From Eledone cirrhosa (lineage: Eukaryota), in contig OZ024742.1 in the NCBI GenBank assembly GCA_964016885.1, positions 210,614,001 through 210,678,000 on the forward strand: a stretch of DNA of 64,000 bases, given 5' to 3'. Positions 50,931 through 64,000 of this stretch are shown in pieces. The notes below the pieces were generated by a model. The model was given only the letters and a program-made list of their open reading frames with translations, was not told the origin of the DNA and ran no database searches. The position numbers and the translations under genes were made by a program. The number at the start of each line of letters is the position of its first letter. Position 1 is the stretch's first letter.

Positions 50931-51771
50931 TATATATACATATATATATATATATCGTGTGTGTGTATGACGGTGAATATGAATATACCTATGTACGTAC
51001 GTATATATACATGTGTATATGCATATATGAGTATATGAATGATCGTTTATGTGGGTTGTGTGAAAACGTGCCAAAGTGTTTAGAAGTTTTGAAAGCAATG
51101 ACGTGAAATGAATTTAAAGACAAAAAAATTTTTAAGAAGAATGAACACAGATATAAATGTTCTATTCAGAATTTCAGTTATCTTGGTAACCACGAAATTT
51201 GCTAATACCAACAATTTCCTAACGAACGCATCGAAACCCAATGAGTTGTACATAATGAAAAGCATAAAGATCAAAGAGTTATCATTGAAACATTAAGACT
51301 CATTTTAAAACAAATAATTAAATGATTTATTTTTTCATCGAGCAAATAATAATATACTATTTTTTCCCCCCAATATTTTCATATTTGAAAAACAAAACAA
51401 AAAAAAAAATGTATTCTAGAAGCCAACGAGGTACAAAAGAAATTGTTGTTGTTGCTTAAACCCTATTTCAGTCTTGATCAAACTGAGCAATGATCAAAGA
51501 GTTTCCTACCATGCCCATCCCATCTTTTTCTCTGGTGTAGTATATATGGTTATTACAATAACAATAATTCGGCACTAGCTGTTGATTAGAACACGATTGA
51601 TTATGATAAAGCAGACCTATGATAATAGCATTCTAGCTATCCACTTTGAGACGGTACGTTGTTTTTAGATAGATTTAGCAGCTATTTCATAGTAAGTTAT
51701 AGACAAGTAGGAGGCTCCCTTAGCTGAGAAGTTATAAGAATATGCAATATGAATATATAATCGCGCTACAT

Positions 51772-52060
51772 CAGTGGTTCCCAACCTTTGTGCACCATAC
51801 CCCACCTCAACATCTCAAATATTGTCATGAAAACAGCGATGATCAACGGCAAAGTGTAAACAAATTGGTGTATAGGTGGTGCCTGATGCACAATAACATG
51901 TATGGAGGAGCTGAGACTGGAGTTTCCGTCAGTAATGTGTACCAAGTTGCCTTGGTGTAAAAGTAATAAGGTAAAACCTGAAGTTTGTTCTCATTAACAC
52001 TATTTTCAAATTGTCCCCACTCCACCCTTGTGGGGCGTGCGCCCCACGTAGGGAACACTG
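51772..52060. mobile_element. hAT-Charlie-like MITE
   Basis: CAGTGGTTCCCAAC / GTAGGGAACACTG; flanks CGCTACAT / CTCTATAT. Confidence 0.65.
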
Positions 52061-53086
52061 CTCTATATGAATATATCTTTTGTTCTTGAAAATTATTTTT
52101 GTTGTTGCTTACGTTTATACACTGAGGGCAGTAAATTTGTGAGAGTCGTTAGAACGTCGGAAAGAAGGCTTTGCTGTATTCGTTCTGGCTTTCTACGCTC
52201 CAAGTTAGAATTTGCCTTTCATCCTTTCGAGGTCCGATACTGGAGCCGATTCTTCCCATCACTTCTCTCTCTTTCTCTGTAAGAAATCGGTCGTGTCCCG
52301 ACCTGGAGTGGGATGAACTCTGCCAGGTTTAAAAAGAAATGTCCAGGACACGCCGCATGTCATGACGATGATCCTACGATTCCATCAGCAGTTAAGGCAC
52401 CATTGATTACATTTATACCATATTTGGAAATGGTTGTCCGTGGAAATCACCACTCCTACAAAAAATACATTTGTGATGGAAATGTGTTGAATCGGTTAAT
52501 ACAATTAATCTAGATCTCCAGTTAGCCAACGTTAATATTCCATATGTAACAGTTAAATGACACAAGGACATTTTCGAATTGTTGATACACTTTGTTTTTA
52601 CTTTTAAATATTGATTTCGTATCTTTGATCCCTTACTTTAATTTTAGCATCAAACCTCGCCTCAAATTTCTTGACACTATTTCTCCCACCTTTATCTTTT
52701 AAAATTATATCCTTGCCTGGGACAAAAATTATCACCAACTTTTTACCACACACACACATAAAGGATCTTATAGAGGTCGCTCGACCTGTGTGAAATAGAA
52801 GCTAAATTTTCCTCAAATCACATTACACTGACTTTAAAATCACACATCGAGTAATGCCTGAAAAAGAAGATGGAATGGCCATATCTGGAATATTTTTGAT
52901 CATAGGTCCGATCGATCAGAGCTGATTTAAGGTTAAGCAACAACAGTAACACTTGCACGCACATACATACATACATACATACGTACGTACATGATGGCTG
53001 CCCCCTCGTTATCGAGTATGGCCATTGCACGAGGAGAAAAAAAAATTAATAAATAAATAAAAAATAAAATAAAAATAAAATAAAAG

Positions 53087-53168
<82 letters not shown>

Positions 53169-53264
53169 ATATACATACATACACACTTATATATACACAT
53201 ATACATACATACACACACATATATATACACATATACATTAATAATAATAACATACATACATACA

Positions 53265-53302
<38 letters not shown>

Positions 53303-53849
53303 TTCTCTGTGCTCTATCTCGATATATGTCTTTCTCTTTCTCGACACCATATCACATGAAAAGTAACAATCTGTTTCAGATTGAGAAATAGATTGATAAA
53401 CAATTCTTAGTTGTAAATATCGGTTTCGGCAGATGGCCTCAGATTTATAGATTTCGAATAGTATGGCTGAAAATGGAGATGCTTCATGTTAGATTTTATT
53501 TCTTATTTCCTCTGTGTGGAATAAACAGATTATCAGTTTTCATTTTGATAGACGCTGAAGACAGATGCACAAGAGTTACCAAAATGTTAACAGCTTCCCA
53601 TGGACTAATTGAAAAGAAATGCTACTTTTTAGTATGGTATAGAATGTTGTAACACGATAAAAGCGTATGTGATGTAATCCCCTCTCCCGTGTATATACAC
53701 AGTCGTTTACCAAAACATAAGGATCAGATTAGACAAGGACATTTTTTCGTGAAAGAAATGCGACAAAATGTGATGTAGCAGAAAAACAATATCTAATTGA
53801 AAATAATGAAAACTCAGGTCATATATCAATATAAATCACCGCTTCGAGG

Positions 53850-54010
53850 TCCACGCGGACAAGGTCGAGAAGACATTTCCCCGAAGAATGGCGAGGGACA
53901 CGCGCTGGAATAGCCAATCCACCTCGTGGAGTTCGTACTTTCAGCAGCCAACTCCGCCCGATAGCTGTGAACAGGGATGTGGTCCGCGGATCAAGAACGC
54001 TCCACTGCCA
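53850..54010 (-). mobile_element. CRE-like 3' relic
   Basis: VLDPRTTSLFTAIG.. homologous to 54711. Confidence 0.65.
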
Positions 54011-54687
54011 CAGGTTCGACCACAAACAAGAAATGAGACTGTACTCTAATTACGAATTAACCAGCTTTGTAAACAAGGCATAATAAAGTTACAGAAGATA
54101 TTTAGCTGACTCATTAGAGCGACGGACAAAATGTTTTGTGGCATTTAGTTATGACCTTGCACGTTCTAAGTTCAAATCCCGCCAAGGTCAGCTTTGCCTT
54201 TCATTTTTCTGGAGTTGATAGAATCGACTTTTCCTTCCTTACAAATTGCTGGCCTTGTACCAATATTAGAAATCATTATTCATACACAGAAAGAAGTCCT
54301 CTAAATAGAGATAACGAAAAAACTTAACTTTCAGGTATTTTGTAGATAATTCTTTCATGGCTTATTCTAGGGCTTTCGGTTCCGACGATGAGTGTATCAG
54401 TTGTCCGAACAATTGAATAACCTACCCTTGGAATTATGTGTGAGATGCGTGTATCCTTTATGTATTTCTCCGGGAAATTCGGCGTAGCACAGTGCATCGC
54501 CGAGAACCAAATCCGATCGAGAGCCGAACGCCCTAAGCACTAAACCAAACACCTTCATTCTCTCTCCCCTTCTCTGTCTGTATATATAAAGAAAGTGAGT
54601 GAGTGAGAGAGAAAAAGGCACGCAGATAAATAGATAACAGAGTTGGAAGAGAACGCTGACTTCTGACATTTAGAACATTTACACCTA

Positions 54688-54890
54688 GGTTTGCGATCGT
54701 ACCTCTGGCAGTGGAGACTTCTGGTGTCCTCGGCCCCAGGGCTATCTCCTTACTCACCACCATAGGCGCTGAGCTGGCCAGCCGCAGGTGTGAGCCCCGC
54801 GAGTTGGAGTGGCTTTTCCAGCGCGTCTCCCTTGCCGTCCTCCGGAGAAACACTTTCTCCATTCTGTCCGCCGGGGCTGTGGGTGGGCCC
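54688..54890 (+). mobile_element. CRE-like 3' fragment
   Basis: FAIVPLAVETSGVLGPRAISLLTTIGAELASRRCEPRELEWLFQRVSLAVLRRNTFSIL. Confidence 0.8.
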
Positions 54891-54951
54891 CATCGCGTAC
54901 CGTTGTAGTTATTGTATACAGATATTAACTCATCAATCCCATTGTCCTTTC

Positions 54952-55025
<74 letters not shown>
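54952..55025. repeat. (CTAT)n microsatellite
   Basis: Direct reading. Confidence 0.95.
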
Positions 55026-55515
55026 ACCGGTGAATTGTATGTACGCCATGATAGATATTTGGATTGGGCCAAGGAATATTAATTATCTGACTGGTTTCGT
55101 CTCCGCTGACAACCTACGACTTGATGATTTTGTTTGGATGAAAATAAATTAAGTTTGATAAAAACAACAACAACAAAACAAAAAACAAAAGAAAAACATT
55201 TGTATCAAAACTAGTTCAGTAGCTGAACCTTCTTTATACAAAATGTTACTTTGTACTTTTGCAAGATTATATAACTAACTATTTACTAGCTCTTACTTCG
55301 TCTTTAAATAAAGTCTATTAGGCTAATCATCCAATGATAAATGCAGTCTATTACGAATAGGCAAGCAGAGTATACTGACATTTGATTATTCGTATCAGTT
55401 TTATCAGATGTGCCTTGGCTAATTTTCCTGCTGAGAAATACAGGATTGATATTGAAAAACAGTAAATTATTACTTACGTGAAGTTTTTATTTTCTTTGGA
55501 AAAGGTCCCTAAATA

Positions 55516-55590
<75 letters not shown>
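55516..55590. repeat. (ACT)n microsatellite
   Basis: Direct reading. Confidence 0.95.
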
Positions 55591-58492
55591 GTTAGGTTAG
55601 CGTTATCTTTAGAAAAGATATTTTAGTTACCGATATTTTGAAAAAGTACGATTTGGTTCAATGAGTTGTTTTCTGTCTAGTATACTTCACGAAAGTTATT
55701 TCCGTCTTGTCTTGAATGTTATTATTCCTACAAGGATAAGATGCTAAATCATTTTGAGATATTTGTTTATTTGTTCTGTAACGTTTCTGTTTTTAAATTT
55801 ACCGTGAAATCATGTCTGTCAGACTAAACAAGAAAAACACACACAAATATATTTATAAAAAAAATAATTCTGTTCTTACAAAAGGGATATATAAATATCT
55901 GTGTATCCCGTACACTGATATGATATTACAGATTGTTTGATCTTCATTGTCAGAATTATACATCAATGAATCAACTGTCATATTGAATTTTTTATTATAA
56001 AATATGGTATCTATTCTAGACAGTTAATGATGAGAGGCACTGCAGAATAAAGTGTTTTCTCTAGAAACACAACGAAATGTTTGCAGGATGTCCATGGGCA
56101 AATAGTCTAGGATTTCCCCCACCCGATCTATTTGCTTCTAACTAAGTGTAGATATACGAAACTATATTTACAAAAGAGATTTATACGAATTCAACAAAAA
56201 AAAAAAAAAAAAAAAAAAAAGCAATATACATAATTTTTCCTTTTTGCCATAGTTAAATTCTTCGGATTATTTTAAACTTTAAAACATTGTTTAAAGAGAA
56301 GAAAATAATAAAATCGATTTCCTGATGAATTTCTACCCCAAGGTGAAGAATTAGCGAAAGACAAAACTGTCAAACAAAGCAAGATCCATGCTCTCTCTCG
56401 TCTAACACACAACAAAAGACATATAAAGTGAAACCATATCAATGTAGAGTTACAGCTGGCAATCATGAAGGTGTTAGTCTACTATCTGATAAGTCGATAG
56501 TTTGTAACCAGCGTAATAGTACAGTGTTCCTGGCAAAGGCACTTAATTAAGCCTCACCAGTAAAGAGATACCGAAAGAACTCACTCTTGTAGAGATCTAG
56601 AACTGACTAGTATTTCATTAGCATGCATTGATGATATCTAAGGATACAAATCTGAGATAGACTGGCGTTCCTGCCTAGGAATAAACTGAATCTTATCATC
56701 GTAGCCCAATTCAAAGATAGTTTAAGCCCTATCCCTTCTCACCCACCGTGGCGTCAAAATCGTTACCCCAGATTCACGATAAATACACAACATTCTCAAT
56801 CCTAACTATGCGTTGAAAAATAAATTTTGTAAGAGTATTTGAAAAAAAAATTAGTTTAACAATACAGGACATAATCGTTAGATTTGAATATATTTTTTTT
56901 TAATTGTCATTAAAAAAATATATATTTTTTCAATCTGAAGCAGTTTCCAGTATTCTCAACTTTTGTTCCTTGACGATGTTATGTAATATTGTTACTTCTT
57001 TTGAAATGCATATTTTAGTAGAGTTTTGAAGTGAATTTAATAGTAATTCTAATAAATATCTTCCGATCTTCCTCAAATGGATCATCGTTCAGTTGTAGAA
57101 GGTAAGAAAAGTTTTCTTATTCTTTTATTCACTATCCATCTGCAATTGCGATGCATAAATCTTTGCACGCTTATTAGTGTTTCGACTGGCTTTAAAACAA
57201 CAGCAAAAATACCATATGAACGACAAACAAGAGTAGACCAACCATTTATCAATTTTGCTTTCCCTTATGACTATAAAATGAAAGTATTCGTTACAAAATC
57301 CCATTGCTGTTAAAGACAAAACAACGATCGACAGTTATACAAATGAAATAAAAATTATTGCTAATGATGACAATCAATAATCGAAAAAGAATTTGAAGTA
57401 AGCAATCTTGGATTTATTTAACAGAGCCACCGGATTTGATTCGACGCAAGAGAAAAAATTAACTTGAAATAAAAAAAAACATTTATAATCATGAACATTA
57501 ATGGCTTCATCATTTACACTAACACTTCGACCCATCTTTCATTTTGGATCACTTGTCATACTCATTGTAAAAGCGCCGCCATTTTAGAAATAACTTACAA
57601 ATAATTAAATAATAATAATGAATTATTGTGTACAATGCTCAGATGCACTACGACTCATCAAAGTTGCATGTAGAGTATATAGAATAAATCATTTTGTCCT
57701 TCATAATTTGTCCCTGAATCCATGTGCAAGTTGGTCTTTCGATGAAAAATTACCATGAAAGCTTATAGCTATTTAAACAGCATTAAAAAGTTCCTCATGC
57801 ATGAAATCGTCACTGCAAGTTAAATGCATAAAATCTAAGATGAAATTCGTAGACAAAATGATATTTGCTTTATATGTTGTGTGGAAACTTTGTAAACATC
57901 TTTTGAAAGTAAATAAAGACCAACAATTATTTTTTTATGAAACATTTCTTTTATTTAGTCTAATATAAATATTTCCTAACTTTCACAATGGGGTTACTAT
58001 TGTGTATTACGCTGACTTGCCAGTAGATTTCCGTTAATATGATAAATATAACACTTTCAACATTGCTAAATGTTTATTTTGATCGTTATCTTTTAGAGAG
58101 AGAGAGAGAGTGTGTGTGATAGTGTGTGTGTGAAAGAGAGAGCGAAAGATTTGCAATAGTTTCTGACCGAAACATTTTAGAAACCATTTATAGTACCATC
58201 GCCTTTTTGAAACAGTTCTGTATGTCCGTAAATAATCTGTTTGTGTGTTTCTAAGAAAGAAAACGAGAATGAGAAAAGATAGTTATATATTTGTATACAT
58301 GTGTCGATTAAGGCCATTATATATGTATATATGAGTATATGAGTAATAGGAAACAGACAAGGATAGAAAAAGGATATGCGTTCATATATTATTTGGATAA
58401 GAGCATATGTACAATTTTAGAATTCTAGGAATTGGAATTTTCTGTTATTTGTAGAGGATTCATAGTTCGTTGCTTAGCAATTATTATTTTTA

Positions 58493-58595
58493 TCGCCGAG
58501 GTTAACTTTGCCTTTCATCCTTACGGTGTCGATAAAATAAAGTACCAGTAATGCACTGGGGTAATTGCTGGCCTGGTGCCAAAAGCAGAAACAAA
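58493..58595 (+). mobile_element. SINE family A, 5'-truncated
   Basis: Matches the 3' half of 3027-3211. Confidence 0.85.
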
Positions 58596-59720
58596 TATTT
58601 TTATAGTTATTAGAAACCTTTCTGCGTTTATATTTAAGATGGCTTCCTTAGATTTACTGCAATGTTGACTAGTATTTAGTTTGATGTTTACATTCCGTTG
58701 AACTTTAAAGTATAGATGTCTGCATGGAAGAGATTATTAGTTGTGAAATTGTTAATGTTTATCCTTGAGTCATTTCCGAACGAGCTAATTTAGTATGATC
58801 AAAAGTGATACAACCTTGGTCATCCCATGCATAGTGTATCTAGGGTTACATTATCCAATATATTCTTTCCATTTTTTTTAAGACGGTAAGGTTTTATTTG
58901 AGAAAGATTTTGCTATTAATATTTGTTGGTTGACTTGTAAATGCGGTGTCATACATCGTAGTGCTACTGTGTATGTCTATGTACTTGACTATCTCAGTCG
59001 ATGTACAAAGGATTGTTTTGTTGCATAAATATGTAATGCATAGTTAGTCTTTATCTTCAAACGGAAATGTATATTTTGCCAAGAAATTCAGAAATGAATC
59101 AAAATACATCTTCTTAAATTTTACAGCTAGTAGGCTCAACATACTATAAATATTCAAAAAGATTGTATTTATGTGGAAGAAACTAATCCTCCTAACGATC
59201 AATAAGATCCCAGACCTCATTCGCTTGCAGAGTCGTGGAACTCATCAAATCAGACCAAGGAAACAATGTTTCCATTGGTCTTTTCATTACTGATATTATC
59301 TACCGGTCACAACTCCTGGCAGAAAGTGCAACGTGAAATAGGGTGTCTTTCTCAAGGACATAACGCATCGCGCGGACCGAGAATCGAACGTCTCGATTGC
59401 GAATCTAATTCTCTAACCACTAAGTCACGTGCCTTCACAGAAACTAATTACTGACACTAAATCTTAGCTTACAACTGACAACTCACATTGTTAATGCAGA
59501 CGTTTTCCTGAAGCTCTATTTCTATTTTAATAAATTTTTAGCAGGTACTCCTTTTCTCCGCCCTCGGGACTCATAACAAAACTGCAACTCTTATCTACAT
59601 TTCTGTTTATGCAATTTCAGAAGCATTTTAGAAGCATTTCAGAAGCATTTTCCGCGCGTACAAACATTTACTTCCTAACAAAACGCATATGTATACACAT
59701 GCACCTGCATACACATGCGC

Positions 59721-59793
<73 letters not shown>

Positions 59794-61796
59794 CACATAC
59801 ACATATAGATGCATACATACATAGATTTACACACACACGTGCGCGTACGCACCTACGCACACAAATATGCACACAAACAGAAACTCGCGCAGCGTAGTCT
59901 ATATGATTCAAAGCTAACAAATGTTTGTTTCATATGGACAATTTTTTTCATCCTCATACATTCATTAATGATTATTTTTTTAACATTCGCAAATGTAATT
60001 TTTACGATTATTTGCGAGTAATTAATTCTTTACCAAAAATAACTGAATGTTTCATAGAATGTTTCCCCCAAAAAGTAATACTACGAAGGCGAGAGATTTT
60101 CATTTTGCGCGCTTTTTTTATTCACTTCTACGAATATATTTTGAGAAAACCAGCGGCGCTTTGAACTGAATGGATTCATTGAATTTTTATTTTAGTTAAA
60201 GGTGTGTCATGTTTCAGATATATGGAGAAAACCATCGATTAAATAATGTAAGTTTATTTGTTGGTAGTGTCTCCTGGTTTGTGTAACTGTATTTTCCTTG
60301 TCAACGTTGTTTTGTTCTCTGAATAGTTTTTGAGTATCATCGTTCAGGTTAAGCTTTTCTTTTTTTTTTTTTGGTCGGAGGCCCTTACAGTTATAAAATT
60401 TTTAAAATTGACTCGCAAATAGGTCATAATTGTTTACCATATTCAATTTATTATTTCCCTTCACTGAGATTTAGAACAAAGTTGTAGGCTGATATGTTTG
60501 TGAGTCATGGAAATATATAACACACAGAAGTCAGAAGAAAAAAAACTATATTATTTAACTGTTGACATCAACGAAATTAAATCATTCAAAAGATTATTTA
60601 AATTAAATTAAAAAAGAGAGATTTTCGCTCCATACTTAAATCAACGTAGTTTGGGGGCAGAATATAACGGATATTGCTAGCAATTCTGATTCTTAAGAGA
60701 TATCTAACGTTTCTACAACGATGTCTTATTCTTGGAAACTGTTCAGATGAGCAAAAACGAACTGTGAACGATTCATTTCCCTCCACATTCAGAGTGAAAT
60801 ATCTTTCAAATTTAATTGTTCTATATTTCTTGAAACTATAAACTATGAAATAGAGAGGTAAAGTATCAATAGTTATTTCCTGAAGTCAAATGTTAGTGCC
60901 CTCAGTTGTTATTCACAATGAAAGTAATGTTCGTCGGGTGTTTATATAAATAATGTTTATAAATGTGTTCTCTTGTTAACACGTGAAAGTAGAACAGAAT
61001 AAGGTCAAATAGAGATCAAATTCAATACCCAAGATCAATGATAGATTAAATTAACTTATACAATATTTTAAGGATAGTTTTAAAGTCAACTCGATTCTAA
61101 TTTAATCGAAATACAGAATCGTAAAATGGTCTACAGCTGAGAGGTTATCCTATTTTAAATCTATACGTAACAAGTCGTTACAAGAAAACATCTATCACGT
61201 TAAGTATAGCTGTAGAGTGAGAGGAGTCTGTCTAATATTTGTTTTCCAAATAAATCAAAAGGTTAACCGAAAATCCACCGAGTTCAATGATCTATGTAAA
61301 AGTCGGGTCATCTCATTGAAGTGATTAGAAACAGTGCCTCGACAAAATCGCCTGTCAAATATCTGGTTGATTCTACTAATCTGTCTTTCTTCAATGTATG
61401 CTTAGTTAATGTAAAACATATGGATGTTAATGCAAGCAATTGTAAGTGCTGTGGGATCTTTCTATATTTGTGGTTCTTTTTTTTTCTGTATCATTTATCC
61501 AGATTCATATTTATCGCTTAACTTCCGGTTAACGTTATATGCATAAGTATTAACGTCTAGTAAAAAAAAAAAAAATCTAACATTTTTAATTTAAAAGTTC
61601 TTTAATTTAATTTCTTTTTTCATGATAAAACTGTTAGCTGATTCACAAATAAGTTCAACTCCAAATTCCATGCAATAAATTTAAAGTTTATATATAAAGT
61701 TTCTAAAAAATATTGTAAGTATGAGCGTCAAAATGTGTCCTCGTTTTCAACTGCTGTTACTTTTTCTTTTAGGGACACAGAAAGAAAATAATACCA

Positions 61797-62711
61797 ATGA
61801 ATGATATAAATATAAGTGTAACAATTAATATGGAAAAATCATCTTTGGAAGATAACGATGAACACTCGGTTCGCAGTAACCAAAATGCAAACGGACCAAA
61901 ATACAAAATTCTTGAAGAAATCGGTCGAGGTGGTTTCGGGCGAATCTATAAAGTTCGTAATACACAAGACAGGAACTTGTACGCTTTGAAACGACTCTGT
62001 TTTGAAGGAGAATTTCAAGATAACAAGTATGTTTACGCAGAAGTATATTGCCTCTCGAAGTTTAAGCACCCGAATATAATCATACTGGAGGAATTTATCC
62101 TTAAACCTGATCGATTATATATCATTATGGAATATGCTGAGTTTGGCAATATTGAACAATATGTAACAAGTAACCATAAAATCCCTTCATTCAACATCGT
62201 ACAGTTCTTTAGCCAATTAACTTCTGCAGTTTGTTACAGTCATTCCCAAAATATTGCTCATAGAGATATAACCCCGAGCAATATACTCTTAACTTCAAAA
62301 TTCACCATCAAATTGGCTGACTGGGGACTAGCAACACCTTGTGGTGTCGATAGAAACAATCCAATACTAAGCGATGACTATTTAGGAGATTATCGATACC
62401 AAGCCCCAGAAGTTATCCGTTGTACTCCTTTTGATCCTTTGCCCACAGATGTTTGGAGCCTTGGAAGTATATTATATTTTATGTTAACTTCTAATCCACC
62501 ATTTGAAGGAAGTGAAACAAACATCCTTCACAAACAGATAGATATTGGTATTAGTCTACCCGACTCAATTGTCAATAGCGACGATAAACTGGAAAACGCT
62601 ATTGTTAAGATAATGAAATCTTTGATGATTGTTGATACGAATGAGAGACCTGTTATAGAAACAGTTAATGACATTGTAGCTTCCATTAGCTCGCAACTTG
62701 AATCTTGTTAA
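61797..62711 (+). CDS. Serine/threonine protein kinase, CAMK group, TSSK-like; kinase domain encoded without introns
   Basis: 304-aa open frame: IGRGGFGRIY, YALK, alphaC E, HPNII, IIMEYA, HRDITPSNILL, LADWG, APE, PFDP..DVWSLG, PPF, ERP. Confidence 0.9.
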   Translation: MNDINISVTINMEKSSLEDNDEHSVRSNQNANGPKYKILEEIGRGGFGRIYKVRNTQDRNLYALKRLCFEGEFQDNKYVYAEVYCLSKFKHPNIIILEEFILKPDRLYIIMEYAEFGNIEQYVTSNHKIPSFNIVQFFSQLTSAVCYSHSQNIAHRDITPSNILLTSKFTIKLADWGLATPCGVDRNNPILSDDYLGDYRYQAPEVIRCTPFDPLPTDVWSLGSILYFMLTSNPPFEGSETNILHKQIDIGISLPDSIVNSDDKLENAIVKIMKSLMIVDTNERPVIETVNDIVASISSQLESC

Positions 62712-62950
62712 GATTATAGATTTTTTCTGCCTATTTATCTATTTTTAAAGTGTATAATTATGATATTTGTGTCTATTCTATGTTTCAATCGGTTTGATCT
62801 CTGGTCATCAACGAGTGTCTAATTTCTGGACGAGGCCAAGATATTGAATCCAGGACAACAAATCACATTTTACTTAAATAATATATAGAAAGGCAATTTA
62901 TTTAAATGCATAGGCGCGCGCGCGCATATATATATATATATATATATATA

Positions 62951-63048
62951 CAGGGCGTCGAAAAAAATGTACACACTTTGATTACCTGTACAGGCAATAT
63001 TTATTAGAATGCTGTTGAAGTATGTATACATTTTGGAGGGACACCCTG
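62951..63048. mobile_element. Tc1/mariner-type MITE
   Basis: TA|CAGGGCGTC..AAAATGTACAC / GTATACATTTT..GACACCCTG|TA. Confidence 0.75.
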
Positions 63049-64000
63049 TATATATATTTAACGAAGGGTAATAAATAAATGTGAAATAGTTATATAATGG
63101 ATAGTATGGTAATATGTATAGAATAGATATGTTGGTTATTTAGTTATGATAATAACAATGTTGTTAGAAGAGATAACATGAATATAAAGAATATAGGATT
63201 TTGGTTATATATAGTTTACTTCACGTGAATTAAAAGGTACAATAAACAAGTTACCATAAGTTGCAAAAATTGACAATATTATTTTGTTGTTAATGTGTAG
63301 GCTGTTGAAGTCTGTTGTTGTTGGTGTTAAAACAGCAAGTTACAGATAATTGTTGTCCGTGGTAGTAGTTGTTAGACCGTGTTAGTAAGATATGGTATGT
63401 ATATCTCTGAATGGTCTGTAGTAACTGTGAACTACCGTGGCTTGTACATGGTATGTAGTAATAGAGGTTCCAATCTCTGTGTGTGTATCTGTAGACTTCA
63501 TGGGATCTGTTGAATAGTGATGAATCTTTACATAGCTTGTTCTGTAGTGGGGTGCTCCGATGTCTCTGGCTGTAGACCACTGGGGGTCTATTGATAGCAG
63601 TAAATCCTTACATATTAGTTGTGTACCCTAGCGCTTCGATATCTCTGTTTGTAGACCACTGGGGGGTCTGTTGATAGCAGTACATCCTTACATGTTTAAT
63701 TGTATATCCTATCTATGTCTCTGTGTGGAATCGCTTGTACATGGTCTATATATAGCTGTCACTTCCTGTCCCCCAACCTGAACTTGTTAACACAATAAAT
63801 GTGGTGACTTAAAATTTGATCTCTAGGTATCCCAAAGTTCAAGGCCCTGACAGATTTCGCTACATATATATATATATATATATAACACTTACATCCTGGT
63901 TTGAATGTTTTACCTAGACCAGAGTCTGACTTTTTTCCCCATTTCAACAACTCATCTTAGACATTGAAGTGAATATTTATGGCTGTTTATTTACTCCTCT

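Noticed and set aside
60598-61521. Possible exons of a minus-strand gene next to the kinase
   Set aside because: Short open frames with no recognisable motif; needs RNA-seq

Overview
Eukaryotic, AT-rich, microsatellite-dense DNA. The SINE families and repeat landscape suggest a cephalopod, probably octopus (inference). It is almost entirely transposable-element derived. It contains a near full-length RTE LINE followed by a full-length but disabled L1/Tx1 LINE, older relics of RTE, Vingi/Ingi, HERO, CRE and CR1 LINEs, two tRNA-like SINE families, several hAT and Tc1/mariner MITEs, and a 5.9-kb hAT-bounded element filled with Penelope-like fragments. Only one convincing host gene is visible: a single-ORF Ser/Thr kinase (TSSK-like) at 61797-62711. 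The most notable signal is a set of type-I minimal hammerhead-ribozyme motifs from four unrelated families, plus one decayed motif. One family sits in a non-coding ~533-bp unit arranged as a tandem plus inverted array at 41251-43108 (retrozyme-like or non-autonomous Penelope-like). All calls come from reading the sequence by eye; element boundaries are approximate and clade names rest on recalled consensus motifs, not database searches.
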